In this document: piece after piece, positions 46,994-61,099 of the stretch
Numbering within the stretch: the stretch's first letter is position 1
How the letters are laid out: each line of letters starts with the position of its first letter
Assembly: GCA_964106645.2 (NCBI GenBank)
Contig: OZ067042.1
Strand: one strand, 5' to 3'
DNA length: 64,000 nucleotides
Source of the DNA: Podarcis pityusensis
Lineage: Eukaryota
Program-made: the position numbers and the translations under genes
The notes under the pieces: model-generated
The model's input: only the letters and a program-made list of their open reading frames with translations
The model's database searches: none
Told to the model about the DNA's origin: nothing

Positions 46994-49186
46994 GGACTTC
47001 CTTCAATACCTCATGGGTAAATGGCCAGCTATTTATGGATGAGGTGTTATGTTTTTTGTGGTGGTATAATTTCCCCCTCTTCTTTAGTTAGCAGGCACTC
47101 TGCATCCTCCAGGGCAGCCTTGTTTTGGACTCCCATCAGCTCCAGTGAGTATGGCCAATGGTCAGTGCTGACGCAGTGCAACATCTGTCACACACTAGGT
47201 TGAGCAAGCCTGCTCCAGGGTCTCAAACACATCTCCACCACCTCTGTTCATGAAAGTACTACCAGAAACACAGCACCCTTTGTGAGTTATTTAGAACCTA
47301 CCTTTTTCTCATTAAGCTCACTGCAGCATGGAGTTCCTAGGTAGTCTTCCATCCAGGCACTGACCAGTCAGTTACAGACCTGCATAGTTTCAAGAGTTTT
47401 GCTGCATTATGTGCCTTCTGACCACACCCCCCTCAGAGTTTCTCTTGATTTAGAAAATTTACTGCTATGCTCTTATCCTACATGCTGAAATCACCAGGAC
47501 CGGTTGCTCTCCTTGGGATACTTTTAAGGATCGGAGTAGATTTAACTCTGCCATTTAATTGTTGCACAAACACACCCACCCACTTGACCTCTTTGAAATT
47601 CAGTGCCCTGAATGCTTCCTGGAATTAAGTGCAGCCTGTGAAAACAGCCCGACAGGGAAACCAAGCTAGTGAGGAACTGAGACTGAAACATTGGTGATGG
47701 ATCACCACCACCACCTAGTGGCTAGTTTAGTAACTGCCACCCTCTATTGAAGAGTGAAGGGCAAAGTGGTAAACTACGGGTTGCACATAAAAAAAATGTG
47801 TTGCAAGGGACACCCATAAGCATACCAGAAACCAAGGACTGTGTAAGAAGTACACATTACCCTAAAGCTTTATATTTTACAAAAAGTGCATTGTTTATCA
47901 ACACCTATTCAAATGAATTCACAACTGTGCACTTTTAGAGAGCACTCTTGAACTCAAGTGCCCATCACATATTACAAATCATATTACTCATATGACACTG
48001 ATAGGAGTCTTACAAATAAAGGAAGAGCTGTGGGTCAGTGGTGCAGAACATGCTTTGCATGCAAAACAGAACAGGTTCAATTGCCAGCCTTTCTAGGTAG
48101 GGCGGGAAGCTAATGGACAATGGCTTGCTTGAACCTAAAGCAGCTTCCCCTCTTTCCACTTCTTCTGCTCATTTCACATTCCAACCCAGAAAAGGCAATT
48201 CTTAAATCATGAGTTCTGAAGTTACCTGAATTACTTAAAAACCAGTGTGTACTGGTTTAAGGATTTCTACCTTTTCTGCCTTAATAGTTCCCTTTCCATA
48301 TTTATACCTCCATGATAATTTGTTATTTCCTTACCTCCTTTAGTTTCATGGATACAGCAAGGCCAACGTAAGTACTTCTTAAAAAAAAAAAAAAGATCAT
48401 TGGGAATTTATTTTTGTGAGGATGCTGATCATTCTGTCCATAAGGGACCACTGTTGTCCTTGCAAGGAAGGACAAGATATGCTGTGCAGACAAGAATCTA
48501 CAGTAGAAAGCTGCATATTCAGCTGTTGGCAGAAATAAAGGTTGCTTGTTGAAGCCTACACTCCAGGGACGCCAATTTTAACTGCTTTGGGGTTTCTTTT
48601 TCTTTCTTATTCTTAAAATCATGTGGCATATAATTTTTTGTGAACTACAATACAATAAATAAAATACAAACTCAATAAAAAGAAACTAAACAACAATTGG
48701 AACACAATTAAAAAGATCAAAAACTTTATTATTTTTTCATAGGACATAGAAGAGACCATGTAAACAAATGGAAATTTAAAAAGCAACAACTTAACAATTT
48801 GCAAGCATTTGAAGATAAGAGTATCCTTTACCCTTCTCCAAATGTACAATGTCTGAATCCCAAAGGTATTTTGTGGGTTCTTGAAGTGCCTGATGCCCTG
48901 GGTAAGATCTTTTTAGTTTTAACAGGACACTTGCATCATTGATTTAACACATACACACTCAAAACCCAACAACAACAACATAAATATAAAAATTAAAGTT
49001 CATATTATTAGCACCACCTTTGGTCCAAGCAATGAGTAAACTGGGAGATGACTGTGAGGTACAGTTAGTTATCAAGTCTTCTCTGCCTGAGACATTGAAT
49101 ATTATATTGTGGTTTCACATTGCAAAAACCTGGGAGTAAAACAGGCTGCAGCCTAGTCTCTCTTGGCAGTCCCTAAAACTAACATA

Positions 49187-49445
49187 CCGTATTTTTCGCT
49201 CTATAAGACGCACCAGACCACAAGACGCACCTAGTTTTTGGAGGAGGAAAACAAGAGATAAAAAATTCTGAAGCTCAGAAGTCAGAACAGCAAGAGGGAT
49301 CGCTACACAGTGAAAGCAGCAATCCCTCTTGCTATTCTGCCTTCTGGGATAGCTACGCAGCCTGCATTCACTCCATAAGACGTACACATATTTCCCCTTA
49401 CTTTTTAGGAGGGAAAAAGTGAGTCTTATAGAGCAAAAAATACGG
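49187..49445. mobile_element. Tc2/pogo-like (Tc1/mariner superfamily) MITE
   Basis: TA|CCGTATTTTTCGCTCTATAAGAC...GTCTTATAGAGCAAAAAATACGG|TA: 23-bp TIRs with one mismatch and a TA TSD. Confidence 0.9.
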
Positions 49446-51828
49446 TAAAAAGCCTCTGACTAATAACTAGTATGTGTCCCCATATGAGAGTGCGCTTAGA
49501 GTGGCAATATTCCTCAATTCCCTTCCAAGTGTAAGCACTACGTAGTCCCAAGGATATCTGCTCCACAATGGCTAAGAGTGGTGAGCACAACTCTGTTTTG
49601 TGCTGCTTCACAGGATCTGAAGAGTTGTGCCCCAACATGATCTGGGACATAGTAAGGGATCTTAGGAGAACACATCTCCCTTTGCATGTTGCCCACATGG
49701 TGCTTATAAAAAGCATCATTAGCCAAAGTGAAAACTTGAGCCTCAAATATATTGTGACAAGCTGTACACACTTAGAACTGTTTTCGCTGTATAGAATCTT
49801 GCACATCACATGGGCATTTTCCTAGTCAGGAGTTCTGATTCAGCCTAATATTAGTACAAAGGCAGACCAGATGGAATTTCAAAAAAGGAACTGCTGTTTC
49901 CATGGTCATTCTGCTATGCCATCATCTAAGGCACACAGATTCCAACAAGACTGAAGTGAGCCCAAGGAGCCTATAGCAGAGAGAGCCATAAAATAGAGGA
50001 CTGTTGGGCCAAAACATGTACAAAGATTTAGTTTCTATATTTAGGGATCAGTTTATCAAGAATCATTAATAGCGCATGGTTGCTGGTGGGGGGAAAAACT
50101 GAATATGGAGCTATATGCCTTAGGGTCTTTAAATCTTTTAGTCAAGTATATAGATGACAACTATTTGATCTGACAGCATTTCCCCATGAGTCTATGCAAG
50201 AATCCAGTGCAGCACTCACCTCTCAAATTCCAATGCCAAGAACTCATAAAATCTCCTTATAATACCTAGATATAAAATGCTCCACCTGGATGGATCTACA
50301 TTTACACTGATAACAACTGCAACAGTACAACACCTTCTTCCAAATCACATTTCAGAAGCTCCAGTTGCCATAACAAAGACAGGCAAACCTGTAGAATTTC
50401 AGAATTTGAAGATCTCAAGAGTGGGACCATAAATCATTATCAGATGAGTTGTGAACATAAAACGACTCTGACTTTGACTACCAGGCCACCTTCTGACTGC
50501 ACTGCCATCATGACTCCCACTTTACTAACCCCAGTAGGCACCAGACTGAATATTCACATACTTGGTTGTTCCACAAAGCTTTCATTCTGGCAAAACCTTT
50601 TGTTCAAACAAGGTGAAACCATGATGGCCAAGAAGGTCATCAACAGTGCAGCATGGCCTCAAGTTTTGAAATGAAATCTGGAAATGACAAAAATCTAACC
50701 AGCACACAAATTCTCATTCAATATCACAGGTTACATGAAAAGGCCAACTGTTGTTTAAAATTACTTGACCAAAAAATAGATTTTTTTGTTTAACTATAAG
50801 AAGATAATTTACTGCATATAACATTTAGTTTCCTCTTGTGAATTTGATTGCTGGTACATTCCAAAATCAGTTTAAGAGGGGACCAAGTTAGATCAAACAG
50901 GTGTCATCCTTTGTTGCGCTTGTTTTGTACAGAGACTACTAATGTGATATTTTAAAGGTTAACTGTGTTTCCCCAGTCACTATTAAAGAAATGGTGATGT
51001 GAGCTAAGGTAATTTCACCATAGTTCTCTGTTGTGAGATGATTTAAGCAAAACTAATACTTGCCCCAAATGATTTTTGTGAATGTGGCCAACATCCTTTT
51101 GCAGAAACCATTTTACTATGCAAACAGATTTATATTCTTCCTATAAACTCACTGTCATCTTTGATAATGAGCACAATAACAGTAAAATGCAACAGCTAGT
51201 TTTGTTTATCTTCTGCTTTTTTCTATTCCATATTTATTAGAGATCCACTAAAGGTCACATGCAACTTTTAACAATAGTGGTCATCTAGGGGTGGACTAAA
51301 CCCCCCCCCCAATATTTTGTTAACAGTACTTAACATTCAACCGTTTGAACAGCTTAGCTAGAGGAAAAATAAATGGACAAGGACTACCCAAATCTATCAT
51401 AGGACTCTTTATCTTCTCTTTCTCCAAAGTTTGATTCCCTCCTGGATTCTTTCTTATAACAAATCCAACCACAAAAAAAGATTCAATCTTCAACTTGCTC
51501 TCCCAACAGTAACCAATCCAACTTCAATAATAATAATAATAAACCTTCTGAAAAAACAAGCCAAACAAAACCAAAAGCAAACTCCGCTCCCCATCTCTAT
51601 CACACAGCCCAAGAACCAACCACACATCCTACATCGTCTCCTCACCAACATACTCTCTCAGACTTTTGACAGTTACATTCACCTTTATGTTAAATAACCA
51701 TTTCAAGAGGGTCATTGAAAGAACAATACTCAATATAAACTACTTGGAAGATTGGTAACAATCACAAGGCATTCAAATTCTGCTTCACTGTCCTGACTGT
51801 TTCTTGCAAAAAGAAAACCTTAATCCTT

Positions 51829-51834
51829 TTTATT
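51829..51834 (-). terminator. Candidate poly(A) signal of SH3PXD2A
   Basis: The minus strand reads gtaatcAATAAAaaggattaaggttttctttttgc. An alternative AATAAA lies at 51238-51233. Confidence 0.5.
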
Positions 51835-52388
51835 GATTACTCTTTTTTAGATTTCAGGCAAAACAGTAATTTGCTGCCTGCTTTTGGTTTTCTGCACAAG
51901 TCTCTAAATTTCAAACTCCTAAACAACTCTCCAGTTAACTTTTTGCATAGTAAAAGGCTGCAGTTAGAACTTGTTGCACACAATCCCCAATAAAGTTCTG
52001 GCTCAAAAGGTGTAGGTGAAGCTTTGCCAAACCAAAAATGCTGAGATGGCAAGTTTTAAAATGCTGCAAAAATGAGATCACCAGCTGGCTCCATCTTTCA
52101 TTTCTCATCAACAATTGGCTGTTTAAGTGAAGTAGAGCCACTTGGATTAAAGCCAGCTTAAAAACACAACTTGGCTATGCTGTCATGCCAGCTCGTCATT
52201 TCATGAACCTCTAGACTACTTGATATAGAAAACATTACTGCTTCAGATTACGAACTTCAGGATACAGATTCATATATTGCAATAAGTGAATCTGAACTTT
52301 TGGCAATAATGGGAGACACAGATGAAACACAGAGCAGTGATGTATGTTCATGCACTAAAACACAAAAAGCACCCAGAATGTCAGACCA

Positions 52389-52391
<3 letters not shown>

Positions 52392-52437
<46 letters not shown>

Positions 52438-52450
52438 TTTTTTTTTTTTT
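52392..52450. repeat. (TA)n microsatellite followed by poly-T
   Basis: About 21 TA units, then a T-run. Confidence 0.95.
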
Positions 52451-53803
52451 AATGGAGATCCAATCTATTCCTCTTCAGTCATAATCCAGTTACCTCTTTT
52501 GACTGTTACCAAAAGATTACAGCCTCCCCGGCCCAGCCAATTTGGTTTAATAGCAAACAGGAGTCTCAGCACAGGACAATAGTGGCTGTTATGTTGCACA
52601 AGGAAAATGTGTTAAAACGACAGTGTGAAACTTTCAGTCAATTTGGTTTTAAAGAAAGGGAAAATTGCACTCATCAACCATCTAAAATACTGCTGTGTGG
52701 GGCCAGCCCACCCTGTAAACCTAGACTGAAAGGGACCCACTTTTACTTGGTCATGTTGAGCCTAAGAGATCTTATCACAACTTAGGAGGAGAAAACCCTG
52801 AAAACAGAAACCTGATTCCAAATAGGAGTCTTACTCGAAGCAGGCTTGCAATACCTTCAAGGATACAAACCCCACCAGACACCACCACTTCTACTTTAAC
52901 ATGCACACATGCATACTCAAGCACTCACCACTATTATTATTATTTTTTAAAAAAAAAACTTTAAAAAAAGTAAAAGAAGGATCTCTTAAATTGTTATTCC
53001 AGAAGGCTCTATACAGTGCTGTGGAGACTTGAGCAACAGCAATTGAAGGGCTGGCTCAGGGAGCTCCAATTACTGACCTCCAAGGATGCTGGGCAAGGTC
53101 ACATGTACAGTACTTGATTCAAATATCACAAAAATCAAAATTAAAAATAACAACAACCTGTGAACAGATATGGTAAAGGAATTGACCGAGACGCTAACAG
53201 GAACCTTGAAGCAAGGACATAAAGCCCATGAGATCACTTGAGGACCTAATGAGTTTTCCATGTATTTGTCAATGATCTCTACACATCTACAAAAAAATTA
53301 AAAATTAAAAAATACCCACATCCTTAAAAAAGCACATATTTACAAAAAAAAAACACCTTCAGCTCTCCCAATCCGTACCTGCTAAATGCTTAGTTTATGT
53401 ACAGTACCCCTGATTTAGCTGGAAACGTGTATGCCTAGAGTCTCAAAAAGGAGGCTTGGATTATGGCAGATGGATTATGACTATTTAGCAGCAAAAATCC
53501 AGTTGTGATTTAAAATGTATTACAGTCAGCAGTGTAGTTCTTCCTGCCAACTTTGTGCGTGCATGCACAGAGTTCAAATTTGATGAAACTAAACACTGAG
53601 ACAAGAACCAGGGTCTCCTGATGCCAAATGCAAATTTATGTTGCTCTCCTGGACTCAGTTGCTTTTTTCTTTTTTCTTCTAAGAACACTGGAGGTGTAAA
53701 AATCACCAAATAATGCTCCTGCACAAGATCCACTGGGATCTGGGAGTAAGTCCCATAGAACACAATAAGGCTTCACTCCAAATAGGCATATATAGGAATG
53801 CGC

Positions 53804-53925
53804 CATGGGCATAGCCAAGGGGGGCAGGGAGGGGCAGCTGCCCCCCATAACCAATAAAATTCAATAAAAATACATAGCAAACTGAGGTTCAGCCCCCCCT
53901 AACAAAAAGCCTGGCTACACCTATG
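53804..53925. mobile_element. hAT (Tip100-like) MITE inside the putative SH3PXD2A 3'UTR
   Basis: CATGGGCATAGCCA...TGGCTACACCTATG with a perfect 8-bp TSD GAATGCGC (53796-53803 and 53926-53933). Inserted into an older palindromic repeat. Confidence 0.88.
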
Positions 53926-56900
53926 GAATGCGCTGAAAGAGGATTTTTTCCCATGAATATTTAAGCAATATTGCTGTGGAACTGCCTCATCGTGAGTTCA
54001 AAGGCTTGAGTACTTGAGTACAAGTGCCCAGCACAAAGATGCAGAGCCTGATCTTGGGCTGCTAAAGATAGGAACCATTCCTGTTCTTATCAGTGGAAGG
54101 AGATAATAGCAGGGCATGCACCAACAAGCTCATCTTTTCTTGCAAATGGCCTGAATGTGAAAGGCATGGAGCACTAAGGGATCATGAGGTAGAGACTGAT
54201 TTGACATGCTGTGCTTCAAGCATACAATTAATCCTCATGTTGTCTCATGAGTGATTTCCCCCCTCAACACATCTATTCCAAGCTCCAGCATGTATTCCAT
54301 GCTAACTAAAAGCACCCAGCCACACAATCCTATACATGTCTACACGGAAGTAAGCCCCACTGACTTGCATGGGACTTCCTCCTAGGTGAGTATAAGAAAG
54401 CAGCCTTAACTGAACAAACTGAATTTTGTAAGGAAGAAAAAATGAGTATTAGAAAGAAAAAGGGTGTTGAACAGTCACTAACACACACAAACAAGTCACA
54501 CATCTATTCAAGTGTGATGCACTTGTGTAACCACTACTGCATTCAGCCACCACAGTAAATTCACACTCACAATCCATTTATACCAGAAATTTTCTGCTGC
54601 CTCCTCTCTTTTTCTCCATGGTTCCCTTCCTCTCATTCCTCATTTCCCCCCCAAGAGTGCATGACTGGATAATGACAAGACTTTTAAAAATCACACTGTG
54701 CGTTCCACTTTTAAGTCCTGGATGAGGGGCCTGTTTAATCTCTTTCAATATTGCACATATCCTCCAACTGGATTTTATCTTGAAAATGCAAAAAAAAAAA
54801 AAGGGGGGGGGGACGTAACCCAAAAACCAAAACCCAACAACACACACATACACATGAGAAAAATGTAAATGAACAAACTAGCTAATGAGATCTAAACTTA
54901 AATACTAGTATTTCTATTCTGTAAATGCTAGTAGTATGAAAATAATGAATGTTTAACCCAGATTCCCTTCGGTTTCTCATAAATGATAGAAAGCACGTTA
55001 ACACATTTCTAAACAGAGAAAAGCAATGAGTATAATTTTACAATAAAATATGCCACACTAATATTTGAAAGTAGTTTAAACAAACAATTCTATAATGCCT
55101 TCGTCAAAATGTTCAGTGTTGCTACTGAAAGAAACTTTTTTGGAAATTGCTCATCATCAGAGACAAATGCAGACGTTGCTACTGCATTGTAAACTTGAAA
55201 CACAAATGCACTTGTTCGCCTACCTCAGAATCTAGTCCAGAATTAGCCAGTCTGTAATGTTCCTTGCCAGTTACCTGTACAAATGAGCATTTTAAAGAAG
55301 TCCCACCCAAATTCTTTTGTATTCAACTGGGGCTGTGACCCTAAGCAACACTTGTACTGGAGTCAATGAGACTTAATTCTCTATAGATGTGTTAAGGAGT
55401 AAGTGCTATTTTTTTTTCACACAGAGGGGCTGTTTTGACAAGGACTTCAGTCACTGGAAAGTTGGGCCAGAATCCAAAAAGGGTTTGAAGCTAGTTCCAA
55501 GGAACTTTACGCCCATGGTTTCCTTCAGCAGCACCCCTCCCCATAGCAGCCCAATGCTACACAGCAAAACATTCAGAAATATGGGACTTTCATAAGCAGT
55601 TAGTGATATGGCTGGGAGTGGTGTGGTGGGCGGCAGCTGTAGTCAAATTCTTGGCTGGTAACAGCCCCTCACATGAGCCCAGGTGGCTCCAAATTGATAT
55701 TTTGATATATGTTAACCAGGCATTCAAATTTTCAGTGAGGCCTAGTTCTCAAGAAAGAGCCAGGTGGTAAACCTTTATCTGAACTGAACCACTTCAGACT
55801 GCAGATAGGGAAAGATCTGATTGAAAGACCTGCCTCAGAAAAACAAAACGGAACAAGAACAAAAAACAAAAGAAGAATTCCTGCATACAGAAAACAAAAT
55901 GTTAAGGAAATGACTTCAAGGCTACATCTTACCTGGCCTATGCAGGTAAGTTTGTGGATGTGGTGGATCATTCAAGCATGGAGGCATCCATTGCAGACAC
56001 AGGTTTGCTACCTCATCAGCTTTTTGAGAAATAAACTTAAGTCTCAGCTTGAAAGAAATTGCAATAGGCAACAGGTATATGCAGGAAGAGTCAAAGAGAA
56101 ATAGTGTTCACTAGAATTAAAAAACAAAACAAAACAGGAAGAGTATCTTTTCAGGCATTATATAAAACCGCAATAACGAACTCAGAAGTGCTCATTATTA
56201 TTAAAGTTGCAGTATACAGCAGAACAAAAAAGTTTCAAATTTTTGGTTTTTTGTTTTCAAAAAAAGATGATTGGTTTTTTTTTTAACTTTTGCTTTCTCA
56301 ATCATTCCCATTTCACATATTTTTTTTGAAAGCATGGATGACCAAGGTAATCTCAAATAATCAGGAAAATAACTAGAAAGCCACTCCTCCTTCCACAAGA
56401 GGGCACTCCGACTTCAAAATATTTTATTCAGTAGCTCCCTGGAGAATTAAGTGAATTAGTTAACTCTGAAAGTACAATTATTATTAAATTGCAACTTGAT
56501 TTTTGATTAGTTTTTAGAAGTACAAAATACTTTTTCCCACCAAAATGCTGCAGGTATTTTACAACCATTTGAATGGGACTATAGTGTTTGTGCAGTGAGA
56601 TCATGAAGACTTGTCACAAGTAATTGTGAATAGGCCTGGCGCTGCATTTAATTTTCCAGTTCTGAAAAAGTTTCCTAGATATGACCTATCAGCTAAAGTG
56701 GGAAACGTAAATTGCATACCAGTAACAGTGAAACTGACTAAAGGTGCTTTCTAGTGTCCTTTATTCCACCCCTTTCATACATCATGAAATCGCCTCCAAG
56801 CTTGTCCAACACGTGTGCATGCACAAGCTATATCTTGTGTGCACAAGCACACAAATATATTTGTGTGTGTCTTGCAGAAAGCACAACATCACGAACAGCA

Positions 56901-59900
56901 AGTAGATGCAGAGCTGAGAGCAGCTCAGAAGTTAACTTTGCTACTTGCTCAGAACCTCATCACCATAATCACATAAAGTATATTATAATATTGGCTACTG
57001 GACCACCTCTGTTGGGCAACTGAATATTGCTTTCTTTTTTAATGCACAATAGATCCTACTCCTCAAGTATTTGTATACATCTTTCAGTAATTATTGATGA
57101 GCAAACTGATCTCATAAATAGGAGACCTCTGCAAGAAAACAGGGCTTACAGATACCATGCCTGCTCTGTATCATATTGATAGCAAATAGATATTATTTTT
57201 GTGGGTAGCAGCCACATGCTTAATATGCAGCAAGAAAGGCGTATGTTCTCAAGAGAACAATTTAGAACAATTTAGCAGACAGCGATCTTCTGCACATAGG
57301 ACTGGAGAATGGTCAACAGTCATCCATTAAGCGCTGGGGGCTAGCAGAATATATTGAAGACATCTAGGGAATCTGGTGGTGGGATGGGGGCTTGTTAATT
57401 ACTACTTCAGATCAGCTCCTCACATTTACTCAGGGCTGCATACGTTTAAGGAATATAACTAGCTGATCCACTGCTCTCCAAATCTGAAATATATGTCCCT
57501 TTTCCTTAGCAGAAAGTTGACACTTGCTAACTGAATCTACTGTATTTTGAGAGTCCAATGGCTCAATGTAGAAAAGTTGGGAGCTGCACATTTAGCTTTC
57601 CCAGGAGATGATGGCATCTTTAGAACAAAACTGTATAGTACAATTTTTAAATAATCATAAATTATTTTAATAAATAGGTGAACTTTAAAAAAATGACAAT
57701 TTATACTGCACCTTTAAATAATGCACTTGGTTTTTTCTGCATTTTGGTTTAAATTGTTAAAGTGCATTAATTCAAAAATAATGAACCACTTCCTTATCAT
57801 TATTGTTAAAAAATAAATCATAAACATTAATATGAGTTGCTAAATCACTACTATTAGTACTGCAATCTAGCAGATTACTTTATGGTTTTGCTCTATTTAA
57901 TACTGTCCAGCAGAAGAACATAATACTTCTATTTATAATCTCACAGCAGCTCTGGCAGTTCTTTTAACAATGGCTGCTAAGGTTTCAGCAGACTTTTAAA
58001 ATGAAGAGAAACTTCCAAGAGGCAGAGCTGCTAGGCCTTAGGAAGAAAAGCTCAGGAAAAACACCTACACCTTTTACTTTGCAGTGTAGATCATGACCTT
58101 CTCCCCATGGGCTCTTCCACTGAGCGCGTCATAGGCCTCTCCATTCCTTCCTGCTTCACACAAGCCAACCCTTCTTCCATGCTTATTTATCCAATATAAA
58201 GCAATAGTATGGAAGGTGGTGGCAGCCAAACTTTAATGGTGTCTCAACAGATCAAACTGAAAGGACAATTGGCACATGAGCTGCAGAAATCAACCCCTCC
58301 CCCAACATTTCTCATTGATTCAAGACGCGTAACACCATATTTTTGTTTAAAGAGAAAGAGAGATGAATCAAGTGAGAATTATGTAATGTTTCCCAAAGAC
58401 CAAACATCTCCCCATTATATATTTGATTTTGAATCCTTTGGAAGAAATGTATCCATTCAGTTCGTTCAAATCTTCCCATTCTTTTGTCTTTCACCTAGTG
58501 GAAGGCATGAAGTGTTGCTGGAAGATGAAAGAGTTTTTTATATTATTTATTCTTGCACAGTAACACAAGCACAGCTGGTTTTCTTCTCTTGACACACAAA
58601 ATGCTGGGCCTCAGGACAGAGACATCAAACTCTCATCCGAGAGTCGGTATTCTTAAGCAAAGGCCTTCCGGTGTTTCCTTTTTTACAATTATAAAGTTTA
58701 TTTAAGGGCTGGTGTTTGAGGCCACGGGGAGGGGGATACACTTTGCACCCAAGCCTTTCCCCCCCAGTGGCTTTTCATTTTTCCCATGCTCTCCCACAAA
58801 TGTTCTATCTTTGAAGTTTCATGATTATAAATATCAATGGTGGGGGGTAGAAACAAATGGAGAGACTGCCCATGTGTGCAGGTGAGCAGGTGCTTGAACA
58901 GGTACATTCCCCACTCAATAGTGTTCTCATTCAATTGCTTTGCAGGTTTTGAAAGTATCAGGTGCTTCTCTCGCAACACAAAGTAACATTCAAGTGAATA
59001 CAACAGAAGAGTGATTCCTACTGCTTGCTCTTAAAAAGGGGGAAATAAGAAGTTTAGGACACAGATGGTTCAAAAATAAAAATCATCCCACAAATATACA
59101 AATTAAAAACAATTGTGCAGACAGTAAAATGCATGGCTTTTTTCTCTCTTCCCTGCCCCAACTTTGTAAACACAGATGCTTCTCTGCTGGCTGAGAATGG
59201 GCATTCATATCTGGAAACAACACTTAAATACAAACTGTATGGGTCTCCTTGCTTTGTTTTTATTTGAGGCATTGCCACATGCAATCTGTTACTCCCAGTA
59301 TTCTTGATCTTAAGCACTGTGAGAGTTCTGACATGCATGCACAATTCCTGCACTGGCACTGTCTGCCTCATTTCCACATGAGGATGACTCTGACCATGTG
59401 CAATGAGGATGCACACGGGGTATCACTCCTCTATCAATGAAAGGCATGCGGAAGAGCATGGACACGGAGAAGCTCCATGTTTACATATAGACACTCCTGC
59501 ACCTCAAGTAGCACCTGGAGTGGGCAATTGGCTGTGATGCAGTGGCTTCAAGGTATCCCTTACTCCTTACAGAAAAGTAACTCCTCACTCTCTTCTACTG
59601 GCAAGGAAATGTTTTTACATCATGCACAATAGAGAGATCCAATCCCTGTGAACATGAATATATGCTTCCCTTCATAGGAAATAATGGAAATCCCCTGCCA
59701 AACAAAGGCCCGTTATGTGGAAGCAAATCCCTTCCACTCGGGGCCAACTCATCTACTTTAAGTTTTTCTCTTTGTAATACATCCCAAAGGGATTGGCAGG
59801 TGGATCCATGCAGATGGCTCTGGAGAAGCCATCACCACTGTGTTACATGACTCATTGGCCTGATTTTCAAGCCACAGGAGGCCACTGTGCGGCCACAAGA

Positions 59901-61099
59901 GCAGAAGCCTTATGGGGCTTTGGGATGGGAGCAGAGTGCATGCACAACTTAAGGAGCTGTGCAGAAGCACTGGTGGAAGCAAGCCTGGTAATTCTGACCT
60001 GGGCAAAATGAAGAGGAAGGGAAGAGTTCTTGAGAAATCCCTTTCCCTCTAGCAAAGGCTTATGGATGGCCAAGGAGCCAAACCCATGATGGTCCATGAG
60101 CCAGCAAATGGGGCTTTGTGGAACAGCAGATTCCCCTTTTAAGCTACAGACAACTGATATTCCCTGCATTCAGATGAAACTTTGCTGCTTCATAGTCCAA
60201 TATGGGGCTCTGGATAGCAAAGTATGTGACAAACCCCTTCAAAGTACTTTCAATATTGGTTGTTCAGAAGAACCTCAAAATAAAACATTAAATTTTGAGA
60301 CCAATAAGTTTGCACAAGAGGTGTGTTGCAAACACATGATTTTTAGTGTGCATACAAACACCTAGGAACCACATTAAAGTTTGACTACACATCTAATTCC
60401 AATAATAATAGTAAAAAAAACTTGACCCCTTCCCCAAACAGTTGACACAGAGATCACCACAGGACAGAAGCATGACCGATGCCATTGGGGGAAACTGACA
60501 ATATGCACTTAATGTCAGGTACTAGCAATGCACAGTGAAAAAGCTCCAAGTCTTCAATCTGGAGACAAGAATGTGATAGCCAAGGGCCAACACTGGATTT
60601 CTTGAGTTTCCCCACTTGCTCTGCTGATTTAAAGATATCTCGCTGGTGGTGGAGACTCATCCACAGCTTGGAAACACTCCATGTGGAAGAAATGAACAAG
60701 CTGATTTTTTTAACATGTCCAGGTTGGCACCAAACTCCCCACCATTCGCAATTGGATGCACAGGTCCAAACTATACTGTGAAAGGCACACATTTGGTTTC
60801 CTTTTATGACAACCAGGATGGTGGAATAATGAACCACGTTGCACTCAAAATTATGAAAGTCTTCACCAAAACAGAAAGAGAATGCCATTAGTTCCAGCTG
60901 CCTTTTTCCTTGATATTTGCTGAACAAGCCAATTCCTTCAAACACCCTCAAAGACGGCAGACTTGCTGGTCATAGCAAAGGTCAGATCAACAGTCCCTTG
61001 TATATTAGATAGAATAAAAAGGGAATAAAATCATTGTATTTCCCCCCTTCCTTCCGTATGTACACAGTATAAAAGTATAAATAATGGAATTTAAAGACT

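Larger units (their letters stand above)
51810..61099 (-). other. SH3PXD2A: Probable long SH3PXD2A 3'UTR (~9.3 kb)
   Basis: Follows the stop codon, is U-rich on the minus strand and poor in transposon fragments, and has PUM and miRNA-seed motifs. The end is inferred from AATAAA at 51834-51829. Confidence 0.55.

Noticed and set aside
60454-60951. 165-aa minus-strand ORF just after the SH3PXD2A stop
   Set aside because: Non-ATG start, no recognisable domain, and it lies in the 3'UTR.
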